Source: Nitrososphaeria archaeon
GTDB taxonomy: Archaea; Thermoproteota; Nitrososphaeria; Conexivisphaerales; UBA164
Assembly: GCA_049967195.1 (NCBI GenBank)
Contig: JBMFTE010000002.1
Coordinates: 1 to 60,210 of the forward strand
Length of the DNA stretch: 60,210 bases
Reading direction: 5' to 3'
In this document: positions 27,026 through 35,604 of the stretch, one piece after another
How positions within the stretch are numbered: position 1 is the stretch's first letter
How the letters are laid out: each line of letters begins with the position of its first letter
The notes under the pieces: model-generated
What the model was told of the DNA's origin: nothing
The model's database searches: none
Seen by the model: the letters and a program-made list of their open reading frames with translations, nothing else
Program-made: the position numbers and the translations under genes

Positions 27026-27671
27026 AGATCTAAATGAAAAGTTAAACAAGATAAAGGAAGATGGCCTGAAGCTTAGGGAAATCCTTGAAAAGCTAAAGCA
27101 GATAAGAGATGAAAAGGAATCCATAAGGAGCAAGCTCAGGGAAACAAGGCCTCAGGGTTACTACAGTGATAAGGATATTTTGGAAGCCCAGAGGGAACTA
27201 ATTGAAATAGAAAAAAGGATTGAAACAACAGTGATGAAAAAAAAGGATGAAGACATGGAATACAAAAGGGAGAAGGAGCTCGCAAAAAGACTGGAAATTA
27301 TGAAATCAAAAAAGAAGGTAAGCGATGAAAGGAACAAGCTTGTAGACAGGCTAAAGGAACTGAATGCGACAGAACAGCCACTGAGAGACGATGTCAGAAA
27401 GCTGATAGAAGAAAGGGAGGGACTCAAAAAGGAGGCAGAGGTGCTTAGGATCAAGTTAAAACTGATGAAATATAAGGAGAAGGAAAAGGAAGAAAGAAAG
27501 GAGGAAAGGAAAAGAGAACGTGAAAGGGAAAAGGAAGGAATCTCTGTCAACCTGGGGGGACAGGTTAACATGGAAAAAGTTAGAGAAGAAATAAAAAAGA
27601 AGCTTCAGGAGGGGCAGCCTGTAAGCCTAGACGAGCTAAAGGTCATGTATGAAGGCGATAAATCCCGTTGA
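27009..27671 (+). CDS. Highly charged coiled-coil protein (archaeal K/E-rich family, function unknown)
   Basis: 220 aa of near-continuous heptad-like K/E/R/L sequence, including KEKEKEERKEERKREREREKEG. TTG start overlaps leuB by 17 nt. Confidence 0.65.
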   Translation: MSKLDEDLNEKLNKIKEDGLKLREILEKLKQIRDEKESIRSKLRETRPQGYYSDKDILEAQRELIEIEKRIETTVMKKKDEDMEYKREKELAKRLEIMKSKKKVSDERNKLVDRLKELNATEQPLRDDVRKLIEEREGLKKEAEVLRIKLKLMKYKEKEKEERKEERKREREREKEGISVNLGGQVNMEKVREEIKKKLQEGQPVSLDELKVMYEGDKSR

Positions 27672-28261
27672 ATTATAACGTTGTTTCATTGGACCTATGT
27701 GGCACTATAGCAGACTGCAGGGTTTATGATGACATGTGGTATAGGGTCATTCCCGAGCTGTATTCAAGAAGCAGGGGCACGAGCTTTGAGGAATCTGTTA
27801 AAAAGCTGAGGAAAAGCTACAGCGCGGTTGGGCCTTCAAGCCTTAACTGGTACAGGCCCTCATACTGGGTCAATGAGCTTTCGCTTGACATGACAGAATT
27901 CAAGAAGGCGGCATCGAACATATATGTGAAAGTTGATGAGAGTCAGGTGAGCCGGCTCAGGGAAAAGTACAGGGTAATACTTACCACCAACGTTGCGAAG
28001 GAGGTGCTGGAACTTACTGTTAACCTGAAACTGTTTGATGGCATTTATTCATGCGTAGACATGGGCACGCCAAGGAAGGACGAAACATTCTGGAAAATGG
28101 TGATCGAAGGGGAGCATGTAAGGCCTTACAGGATCCTTCATCTTGGGGACGACTACGTGTATGACTACCTTATACCATCTATGGCCGGCATAAGAGCCCG
28201 CGTAACTTCCTTAAATAAAGTTGGTTATGACCTGCGCAGGGAGCTGTTTATTAGACCCTAG
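27668..28261 (+). CDS. HAD-superfamily hydrolase-like protein
   Basis: 197 aa. N-terminal VVSLDLCGTI resembles HAD motif I, but Cys sits at the second Asp position. A late HLGDDYVYD is motif IV-like. Confidence 0.5.
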   Translation: MNYNVVSLDLCGTIADCRVYDDMWYRVIPELYSRSRGTSFEESVKKLRKSYSAVGPSSLNWYRPSYWVNELSLDMTEFKKAASNIYVKVDESQVSRLREKYRVILTTNVAKEVLELTVNLKLFDGIYSCVDMGTPRKDETFWKMVIEGEHVRPYRILHLGDDYVYDYLIPSMAGIRARVTSLNKVGYDLRRELFIRP

Positions 28262-28318
28262 TCTAATTGGGCGCTGCTTTTTTGCGCCTTTAAATATGCC
28301 GGCACTTTTTGACACCCC

Positions 28319-29341
28319 ATGAACTTGAACGCAGCTATTCTTGGATATGGCGCATATGTGCCATTCTACAGGATAAGGACTGAAGAAATAGCTAGGGTAT
28401 GGCACGGGGGAGGTGCTGGGCCAAACAGAATGAAGGCAGTAGCATCGTACGATGAAGATATACTGACAATGAGCTACGAATCGGCATCTCAGGCACTGAG
28501 CATGGCTAATTATCCGAAAATTCAGGCTATACTTGTGGGTTCGGAATCAAAGCCCTACGCAGTAAAGCCCACCGGTTCGATGCTTAGCGATATACTTGGC
28601 TACAACAGCACACTGGGTGTTGACCTTGAGTTTGCATGCAAGGCGGGTACCGAGGCGGTGCAACTGATAAGCGGAATGGTCTCTGCTGGAACAATCGATT
28701 ATGGCTTGGCAATTGGTGCCGATACTGCACAGGGCAGGCCGGCTGATGAGCTTGAGTTTACAGCCGGAAGCGGCGCAGCAGCAATTGTGCTTGGGAGGCC
28801 TAACGGCAAGGAAGTTGCTAAAATAGAGCACTCGGTATCTTATGTAACAGACACCCCTGATTTCTGGAGGAGGCCCCATGACCAGTACCCGGTGCACCTG
28901 GGTAGGTTCACCGGCGAACCGGCATATTTTACTCACACAACCTCAAGTGTGAAGATGCTGTTTTCCGAAACTGGCATGAAGCCATCTGATTTCAAGTATG
29001 CAATATTTCACCAGCCAAATCCAAGGTTTCCGGTTGAAGTGGGGAGAAGGCTTGGCTTTACGGATGAGCAGCTGAAGCCGGCCCTGCTCAATGACGACAT
29101 AGGGAATACATATTCAGCAAACACATTGATTGCTCTGACAAAGGTGCTTGACATGGCGGAGACGGGGGACAAGATAATGCTGGCAAGCTTTGGCAGCGGT
29201 GCGGGCAGCGACGCGTTTGTTATAGAAGTGAATTCAAGGGATGATGACGACGGATACATTCCGTTCAGCGAAAGATTAAGAAACTACAGGGAAGTTGATT
29301 ATGCTACATATGCAAGGTGGAGGGGCAAGATACTGAAATGA
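28319..29341 (+). CDS. Archaeal hydroxymethylglutaryl-CoA synthase
   Basis: 340 aa with the catalytic Cys context LEFACKAGTEA. Followed by the thiolase and DUF35 genes. Confidence 0.88.
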   Translation: MNLNAAILGYGAYVPFYRIRTEEIARVWHGGGAGPNRMKAVASYDEDILTMSYESASQALSMANYPKIQAILVGSESKPYAVKPTGSMLSDILGYNSTLGVDLEFACKAGTEAVQLISGMVSAGTIDYGLAIGADTAQGRPADELEFTAGSGAAAIVLGRPNGKEVAKIEHSVSYVTDTPDFWRRPHDQYPVHLGRFTGEPAYFTHTTSSVKMLFSETGMKPSDFKYAIFHQPNPRFPVEVGRRLGFTDEQLKPALLNDDIGNTYSANTLIALTKVLDMAETGDKIMLASFGSGAGSDAFVIEVNSRDDDDGYIPFSERLRNYREVDYATYARWRGKILK

Positions 29342-30474
29342 GCAGGGTTTTTATAAGGGCAGCCTCAGCCCTGCCCGTAAGCGAGTACTGGACCAAGTCT
29401 CTAGTGGACCTGATGACAGATGCCGCAATCAGAGCAATTGACGCAGCCAACGGGGCAAAGGTGGACAAAATAATAGTTGGAAACATGATGTCGGGGTATG
29501 CCAACCACCAGGAGCACCTGGGCGCCCTGCTTGCAAGTTCACTTGGCATGAAGGGAGTGGAAGCAATAAAAGTAGAGGCAGCCTGTGGATCGGGGGGAGC
29601 CGCGGTTCATGAGGGTTACCTCTCTGTAAAATCAGGTGAATATGAAAACGTGCTCGTGGTTGGTGTTGAAAAAATGAAAGATATGGATACGCCAAAGGCG
29701 ACCAAGGCACTGGCAATGGCAGAAAGCTCGGACTTCACGCAGGCGGTCGGGGCATCATTTATATCCCTGAATGCCCTGCTAATGAGGCTATACATGAACT
29801 CGTATAATGTTGAGGAGGAACTCATGGACTATTTTCCGGTGATAGCCCACAAAAATGCTGTGACATCGCCTCATGCCCAGTACAGGAAGGCGGTTACGAT
29901 AGAAGATGTAAAAAGGTCGCAGGTTATAGCCGACCCCATAAGGCTTCTAAGCAGCGCGCCTTCGGGCGATGGGGCAGCAGCGGTGGTTCTAAGCGCAAAG
30001 GACGGGCCTGTTGAAATTCTTTCGTCAGAAATAGCAACAAATGACCTGATAGTTGCGCAGAGGGAAGAGCCGCTGAGATTCCTTGCTACAGAGTTCGCAT
30101 TTAAAAGGGCCATGCAGAAATCAGGCATAAGCGTGCCGGACATAGACTTTATGGAAGTGCACGATGCATTCCCGATTGTCGCATCGCTCGCACTTGAAGC
30201 TATGGGCATATCCAAAAAGGGTAAGGCGCCTCAGGATGCGGCAAATGGGAGGTTCAACATGGGTTCGGAGTTGCCAATACTTACCTTTGGCGGGCTGAAG
30301 GCAAGGGGGCACCCGGTTGGAGCAACAGGGGCCTACCAGATAGCGGAAGCGTTCATGCAGCTGGCAGGCACAGCAGGTCAGAACCAGGTGAATGGAGCCA
30401 AAGTGGGGTTGACCCACAATGTGGGAGGCGTTGATACAACTGCGGTGATTCATGTATTGAGGAGGGTTGAGTAA
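29338..30474 (+). CDS. Archaeal acetoacetyl-CoA thiolase
   Basis: Cys in VEAACGSGGAA and C-terminal HNVGG. ATGA overlap with the HMGCS gene (ATG 29338). Confidence 0.88.
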   Translation: MSRVFIRAASALPVSEYWTKSLVDLMTDAAIRAIDAANGAKVDKIIVGNMMSGYANHQEHLGALLASSLGMKGVEAIKVEAACGSGGAAVHEGYLSVKSGEYENVLVVGVEKMKDMDTPKATKALAMAESSDFTQAVGASFISLNALLMRLYMNSYNVEEELMDYFPVIAHKNAVTSPHAQYRKAVTIEDVKRSQVIADPIRLLSSAPSGDGAAAVVLSAKDGPVEILSSEIATNDLIVAQREEPLRFLATEFAFKRAMQKSGISVPDIDFMEVHDAFPIVASLALEAMGISKKGKAPQDAANGRFNMGSELPILTFGGLKARGHPVGATGAYQIAEAFMQLAGTAGQNQVNGAKVGLTHNVGGVDTTAVIHVLRRVE

Positions 30475-30477
30475 ATT

Positions 30478-30870
30478 ATGATACCAATAGCCTACTGGAG
30501 GAACAGGAAGGTCTACACCAGGATTATCGGGTCTAAATGCAAGGACTGCGGATCGGAATTTTTCCCCCCAGTCAGGGTCTGTAAAAAGTGTGGGTCCAGA
30601 AACTTGGAAGAAAGGGAGATGCCGAAAAGCGGGTCGTTGCTTGCATATACAAAGCTCAGTGAACCAGCACAGGAATTCAAAGAATATGCACCAATATACC
30701 TTGGCCTGATAAGGCTCGACAACGGCGTGAACATAATTTCAATGATTGCAGATGCCGATGAAGAGAAGCTCAAGGCGGGGGCAAGGGTGCAGGCTACGGT
30801 GAGAAAGTGGACAGAGGACGGAAAGGGCGGCCTGATATATTACGGCTACAAGTTCAGGGTTTTACAGTGA
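30478..30870 (+). CDS. DUF35 OB-fold/zinc-ribbon scaffold protein of the thiolase/HMG-CoA synthase complex
   Basis: 130 aa with zinc ribbon CKDCGSEFFPP...CKKCGS followed by an OB-like C-terminus. Gene order matches the known archaeal trio. Confidence 0.85.
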   Translation: MIPIAYWRNRKVYTRIIGSKCKDCGSEFFPPVRVCKKCGSRNLEEREMPKSGSLLAYTKLSEPAQEFKEYAPIYLGLIRLDNGVNIISMIADADEEKLKAGARVQATVRKWTEDGKGGLIYYGYKFRVLQ

Positions 30871-31006
30871 AGTTTTCAATGAACTTCTTTTCGCGCTTTT
30901 TTGTAATTTCAACAAGCTGTGCCCTTCCCTCCTCAGTTGCCATGTAGAAATCAAGGTTGCCTGTTATATCCTCAAATTCATTGTTCTGTTCCCATCCTGC
31001 ATCCAT
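30854..31006 (-). CDS. Possible small protein (50 aa, MDAGWEQNNEFEDITGNLDFYMATEEGRAQLVEITKKREKKFIENFTVKP)
   Basis: Not in the ORF track (under 60 aa). Has an ATG start and protein-like acidic/helical composition. Overlaps the DUF35 gene 3' end by 17 nt. No homology evidence. Confidence 0.25.
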   Translation of the reverse strand: MDAGWEQNNEFEDITGNLDFYMATEEGRAQLVEITKKREKKFIENFTVKP

Positions 31007-31031
31007 ATGGCATTAATTGGTTTTTTGCTGA

Positions 31032-31110
31032 CTGCATTACATAATTATTGAGAAGAGAAACTTAAAAGCGTAACTGCGATCCGCTTAAAAGCAATGGCTT
31101 TATAATTGGG
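31032..31110 (+). repeat. Intergenic element, copy 3 (subfamily 2); micro-ORF 31007-31051 runs into it
   Basis: Roughly 85% identical by eye to 57493-57560. It also aligns in reverse orientation with the proximal part of repeat B (GCAT..AATT.TTGAGAA.AG.AAC ... ATCCGCTTAAA.GCA.TG..TTTAT.AT). Confidence 0.75.
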
Positions 31111-31156
31111 TAAAATTTTATAAGATAGACCATAAAGCTACCCATAGTGATCAAAG

Positions 31157-32122
31157 TTGAACCTTTCTCTTTTTGAACTTAGGGCAAACATGATAGTGAC
31201 CCTGCTGATTATAATAGGGTTCACAACGCTTCTTATATTTGGCATATTTGCCCTGGTGGGCGTCACCAACATAATCCTTGTGGTTTCAATAGTGGCACTG
31301 ATAAACATAGTAGAATGGCTGTTCGGCCCCAAGCTAATAGACAGGATGTACCACACAAGGGAGGTAAAGGATGGTGAGCTGCCGGAAGTAAGCGGTGCGG
31401 TGAAGAGAATAGCTCAGAGGGCCGGTATAAAAGAACCAAAGCTTGTTGTAGCTGACATAGACATGCCAAATGCATTTGCATATGGTTCGCCCCTCACAGG
31501 GAGCAAGGTTGCAGTCACAAGGGGGCTCCTCAGGATATTGAATCCGGACGAGGTTGAGGCAGTTCTGGGGCACGAGCTGGGACATCTGAAGCACAGAGAT
31601 GTTCAGGTCATGATGGTGGTATCAATACTGCCGGCAATACTATATTATATTGCCTACATTTTCATGATAGATTCATTTTTTGACCAGAGGAACAATTCCG
31701 GCGTCATGGTGATCATAGGCATAATTGCTTTTCTGGGGTACATGGTGATGAGCCTGCTGATGCTTGCGTTCAGCAGAATGAGGGAAAGCTATGCTGACTT
31801 CCATTCGACACAGGTTGTTGACAACGGCGCAAGGAAACTGAGCTCCGCACTTGCAAAATTATACATTTATAGTTCAATAACCTCAAAGAGGAAGCCCAAG
31901 GAAGCAAAGCAGGCTGGAACCATGAGAGCGCTTTTCATAGTGGACCCATCTTCTATCAATGCGGACGACCTTAAGGCGCTGAGTTCTGATGAAGCACTAC
32001 AATATGTCATGAACAGGAGGACAACCTTTACTGACAGGATTGAGGAGATGCTTTCAACTCATCCAAACATAGTAAAGAGGATAAACAACCTGAAGAAAAT
32101 TTCTGAATCGCAAGCGTTTTAA
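31157..32122 (+). CDS. htpX: HtpX-type M48 zinc metalloprotease (membrane)
   Basis: HELGHLKHRD zinc motif and four hydrophobic segments. Start is TTG 31157 or ATG 31190. Confidence 0.88.
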   Translation: MNLSLFELRANMIVTLLIIIGFTTLLIFGIFALVGVTNIILVVSIVALINIVEWLFGPKLIDRMYHTREVKDGELPEVSGAVKRIAQRAGIKEPKLVVADIDMPNAFAYGSPLTGSKVAVTRGLLRILNPDEVEAVLGHELGHLKHRDVQVMMVVSILPAILYYIAYIFMIDSFFDQRNNSGVMVIIGIIAFLGYMVMSLLMLAFSRMRESYADFHSTQVVDNGARKLSSALAKLYIYSSITSKRKPKEAKQAGTMRALFIVDPSSINADDLKALSSDEALQYVMNRRTTFTDRIEEMLSTHPNIVKRINNLKKISESQAF

Positions 32123-32146
32123 GCATCCCCATTGATTTTATTGAGC

Positions 32147-32425
32147 ATGAAGGAGGAGGACAAGCAGGTGATATGGTTGGATTACTTTGATTCATCCCTT
32201 AGCAGGAGTCAGGGAAGAAGGGTTCCAAAGAACCTTTCCGTGTCAAACCCCAGGCCTGAACCATTTATGGATGCACTTAAAAAAATGAACATTGAAGCTC
32301 AGCAGCTTGAAGCCAGACATCCAAAGAGAAATAACAGGAGGACCTTTTACATACAGGCAAAACGAACCATTCCAAAGCAGCAGCTTCTCAGGAAGCTGGC
32401 GCAGAGCGTTAAGGGTGTAAAGTGA
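32147..32425 (+). CDS. srp19: Signal recognition particle protein SRP19
   Basis: 92 aa. IWLDYFDSSLSRSQGRRVPK is the typical SRP19 N-terminus. Confidence 0.85.
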   Translation: MKEEDKQVIWLDYFDSSLSRSQGRRVPKNLSVSNPRPEPFMDALKKMNIEAQQLEARHPKRNNRRTFYIQAKRTIPKQQLLRKLAQSVKGVK

Positions 32426-32426
32426 G

Positions 32427-32618
32427 TTATTTTTTGTCTCCCAGCCACCATTTCAGGTATTCCTTTTTTGGGTCATTGTTTTCTTTAAATTTCTTTTCGT
32501 CTATCAGCTTAACCAGCTGGTTATATGTGACATAAAGGCCGCACCTTTTGCATACATACATCTTTGTGGCAGGCTCATACATCATCGGTTGCCCGCAGTC
32601 GGGACAGGCTATGGTCAT
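32427..32618 (-). CDS. Zinc-ribbon protein (63 aa)
   Basis: Two CxxC pairs, CPDCG...CKRCG, followed by a basic C-terminal tail. Confidence 0.65.
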   Translation of the reverse strand: MTIACPDCGQPMMYEPATKMYVCKRCGLYVTYNQLVKLIDEKKFKENNDPKKEYLKWWLGDKK

Positions 32619-32667
32619 GACAAACTTACCTGATAACCCATTTTTATGCGTTTCTACAAACCCACAC

Positions 32668-32865
32668 TTACTGCTTTTTTGGCTGATCCACTTCAGTATA
32701 TATCATGGAAATAAACATGGGTGAATTGTCCTTTGGACAAACGCCTGAAATCTTAAGCACATAATCACCCTCCTTAAAATCCCTCTTTATCTTATAACCG
32801 CATTTAGGGCACTCTTCCACGGTATAGTACTTTGGGGGTTGCTGGTTCTTCTGTCTGGACATCAT
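32668..32865 (-). CDS. Small zinc-ribbon-like protein (65 aa)
   Basis: CPKCG plus a distal CP. Its start abuts the stop of the upstream 375-aa gene with no gap. Confidence 0.6.
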   Translation of the reverse strand: MMSRQKNQQPPKYYTVEECPKCGYKIKRDFKEGDYVLKISGVCPKDNSPMFISMIYTEVDQPKKQ

Positions 32866-33993
32866 TTACTGTGCAACCCCCAGCGTATTCCCCACTCCAA
32901 TTATAACCGCCTTTCCTCCCTCTGGTACTTGGGTTTCTACAAGGGAAAGTATGGTGTTTCTCGCCTGATCTGTTGCTTCTGCTATGTCCCTTGTCATTAC
33001 TGAAATTGCTTCAATAAGTGACTCCTTTATTATAACTGCATACACGGGGATGCCAAGTTTGGTGGATATCTCTTCGATCTTGAACTTTTCAGTACCTATT
33101 CCGCCTATTGCTGCTCCCATCCCCATTGCAACATCACCAGACTTTTCTCCTTCAAGTTTTAGTGCTGCATCAATCATAACCACTGCAGAAGATCCAGAAT
33201 ATGGTCCTTTTAGCAGGCTGGTCAGTGCATCGTCGACCTTTCCCACGCTTGCCCCTGGACCCTTTGCCTTGATTATTGCCACTTTCCTACCTTTATAATC
33301 CATTTCTGAATAAACAGTTTCATCGTCATGCTCATACTTCTGAGAGTCCTTCATCCACCTGGATACAGTGAGCGGCCCTGCAGCATCACCCAGCGGAAGT
33401 AGTTTTTCCAGAGCATCCATCGCGTTAAGATATGCATCTGCCTGCTTTACTATGCTGGGCAGTATCATCTGGAGCTGCGCAGCAAGGTAAATGCCATCTG
33501 GTGATTTCTTGGTCATCAGGTAAAAATGCCTGACCACTCTGAATATCATGTCCAGCGCAGATGCAATTTCAAGCATATTTATTGCAGCGGTCCTTTCAAG
33601 GTCGTTTGCTGATTTCATTATTTCCCTGACCCTTAACTTTACGTGCTCCTCCTGAGTTCTAATTATGAGCTCCATTTTGCCTACAATTCCCACAGGGTCC
33701 ATGTTTTCGGGGAATATCGTAACGCTCTGTATCATTCCCTCTATCGTTTTCTGCCCATCCCCGGCAACGCCTTTTCTCTGAAGGTATCCAAGCAGGTTTC
33801 CTCTTGATTTTTCCGAATCAACCTTTAACCTAGACAGGTATCTCCCCACGTCTGCCATTATTGCATAGCCCTGAAGCCTCTGGCCGTAAATTATCAAAAT
33901 TATGTACGGCACCCATATTATCACCATGTACAGCGCATATTCTGTTGGTGAATTAGGAATAAATCCGAAAAGCGGGGAAAAACCTGCGCTCAT
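32866..33993 (-). CDS. Conserved archaeal membrane-anchored protein (resembles DUF1512 family), function unknown
   Basis: 375 aa. One N-terminal TM (YALYMVIIWVPYIILIIY), a helical middle region, and a Gly-rich C-terminal domain (GMGAAIGGIGTEKF). The family assignment is from memory and was not searched. Confidence 0.6.
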   Translation of the reverse strand: MSAGFSPLFGFIPNSPTEYALYMVIIWVPYIILIIYGQRLQGYAIMADVGRYLSRLKVDSEKSRGNLLGYLQRKGVAGDGQKTIEGMIQSVTIFPENMDPVGIVGKMELIIRTQEEHVKLRVREIMKSANDLERTAAINMLEIASALDMIFRVVRHFYLMTKKSPDGIYLAAQLQMILPSIVKQADAYLNAMDALEKLLPLGDAAGPLTVSRWMKDSQKYEHDDETVYSEMDYKGRKVAIIKAKGPGASVGKVDDALTSLLKGPYSGSSAVVMIDAALKLEGEKSGDVAMGMGAAIGGIGTEKFKIEEISTKLGIPVYAVIIKESLIEAISVMTRDIAEATDQARNTILSLVETQVPEGGKAVIIGVGNTLGVAQ

Positions 33994-33997
33994 CTGC

Positions 33998-34189
33998 CTA
34001 CGTCATCCTTTTTATCTTATATCTCTTTATTTCTTCATTTCCATATATACCGTAGGTGCCGTTTTTCCACTGCACCTTTATGTAGGGCCTTCCCTGTATA
34101 TTTACAAAATTTACTACGGTGCCCAGGGCTCCCCTTTCTGATTTTACCTGGTCCAATATCTTGAAAACACTGGTTAACTGATCTGCCAT
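33998..34189 (-). CDS. Small hypothetical protein (63 aa), first gene of the 34189-32668 operon
   Basis: ATG start. The beta-rich sequence VVNFVNIQGRPYIKVQWKNGTYGIYG is SH3/KOW-like by eye. Its stop lies 4 nt before the next start. Confidence 0.55.
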   Translation of the reverse strand: MADQLTSVFKILDQVKSERGALGTVVNFVNIQGRPYIKVQWKNGTYGIYGNEEIKRYKIKRMT

Positions 34190-34240
34190 GTTTGGACATT
34201 TTATAAATTGAGCTTAAAAGCTTTACTTAGTGTTTAAAGT

Positions 34241-34269
34241 ATTTGCATTTGATATAGAAAAATGCAAAT
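34241..34269. promoter_or_regulatory. Perfect 10-bp inverted repeat ATTTGCATTT-N9-AAATGCAAAT just upstream of the npdG TATA box
   Basis: Read directly from the sequence. The TATA-like AGCTTTTAAAAT lies at 34282-34293 and the ATG at 34314. Confidence 0.4.
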
Positions 34270-34313
34270 GTAATAACAATAAGCTTTTAAAATCTGCCCG
34301 GCAGAAATCTGGC

Positions 34314-34979
34314 ATGAAAGTTTCAATTCTTGGAGGCACGGGGGATCTGGGGAAGGGACTTGCGCTCAGACTTGCCGAAGGGTCAGAGGTAATAATCGGT
34401 TCAAGGGATCCTGAAAAGGCCAGGTCCATAGCCGACCAGTACATTGCTGAATTTAGGGGCATCAGGGGGCGCATTCCAAAAATTACAGGAATGCAAAACA
34501 GTGAGGCAATATCTAATGGGGAATACATAATATTTAGCATACCTTTTGAGGTGCTGCCGCAGTTTCTGGATGGGTTAACGGTTGACGCTTCCAGGACAGT
34601 GATAGTGCCTGTTGTGCCAATGAAAAAAACAAATGAGGGATTTTCATATGTTCCATATCAGGTTAATGGGCAGCAACTTTCAGCTGCTGAGCTTGTCAGG
34701 TCAAGGACCGGAAGCCAGAGCGTAGTATCGGCATTCCATACAGTTCCAGCCATGAGGCTCGCTGACCTTACGCAGACACTGGATTATGATGTAATGGTTG
34801 CAGCTGATGAGAGGGCCACATATGAAAAGGCTGCAGCGTTAATCAGGTCAATTGGTGGGCTAAGGCCGGTTTATGCCGGGAAGCTTTACACATCAAGGTA
34901 CCTAGAGCCCCTGACACCTCTCCTGCTTAATGTAGCTATAAACAACAGGTTACACGCGCCAAGCCTTAAAATTGTATGA
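34314..34979 (+). CDS. npdG: NADPH-dependent F420 reductase-like oxidoreductase
   Basis: 221 aa from ATG 34314. Rossmann motif MKVSILGGTGDLGKGLALRL. Size and pattern match the NpdG family. Confidence 0.7.
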   Translation: MKVSILGGTGDLGKGLALRLAEGSEVIIGSRDPEKARSIADQYIAEFRGIRGRIPKITGMQNSEAISNGEYIIFSIPFEVLPQFLDGLTVDASRTVIVPVVPMKKTNEGFSYVPYQVNGQQLSAAELVRSRTGSQSVVSAFHTVPAMRLADLTQTLDYDVMVAADERATYEKAAALIRSIGGLRPVYAGKLYTSRYLEPLTPLLLNVAINNRLHAPSLKIV

Positions 34980-35043
34980 ACGTTTATGAAATAATAAAGG
35001 GAATAGATTTTTAAACCCTGTAAACTTACCAATATGAGGACAT

Positions 35044-35604
35044 TTGAAGTTTCCAATATGCACCTTTGATGCAAGGGTAGGAGTTTTATGCCCAAGGTGT
35101 GAGGAAAGGCTGAAGAACGGCGAAATAAGTGATGCAGATGTGAAAGCATCGTTCGTGCTTGCAAAGCTAGCAACGCAGGTTCCAGCCTTGGACAGGCTTA
35201 CACTTAAAAGGGCATACCTTATTGATGACGATTATGTGCTGGTGCTGAACCAGGGTGAAGCAAGGGCCGTGTTGTCAAACAGGCCATTGATGGGTAAGCT
35301 TAAGGAAGCTCTGGGCAATTTCTGGGTTGCAGAACAGACATCAGATATGAGGCAATTTATCGAAGACCTGCTTTACCCTGTAAGGATACTTACAGTTAAT
35401 GTAGTGTGGATACCTGACGGGACCAGGCAGATCAAGGCCGTAATATCAGGGTCCCGGGGAATGAATTTTCCAGTTGACCTGGGCAAGGCCGCGAAGATTG
35501 TCAAGGCAATAAAGGGCGACGACGTGATATTTGAATTTGAAAGAGGAAGGTTTGAAAGAGGGAGGCCAAGGAGAAGTGCAGTCCAGGGACTTGGAAGGTC
35601 TTGA
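35044..35604 (+). CDS. Zinc-ribbon plus KH-like putative RNA-binding protein (NusA-like archaeal family)
   Basis: 186 aa. N-terminal CTFDARVGVLCPRCEERLKNGEISD motif and a basic C-terminal tail. Family recalled from memory only. Confidence 0.4.
   Translation: MKFPICTFDARVGVLCPRCEERLKNGEISDADVKASFVLAKLATQVPALDRLTLKRAYLIDDDYVLVLNQGEARAVLSNRPLMGKLKEALGNFWVAEQTSDMRQFIEDLLYPVRILTVNVVWIPDGTRQIKAVISGSRGMNFPVDLGKAAKIVKAIKGDDVIFEFERGRFERGRPRRSAVQGLGRS

Noticed and set aside
27470-27540. Long polypurine tract (AAGGAGAAGGAAAAGGAAGAAAGAAAGGAGGAAAGGAAAAGAGAA...)
   Set aside because: It is in frame within the coiled-coil gene and simply encodes KEKEKEERKEERKRERE. It is low-complexity coding sequence rather than a separate element.
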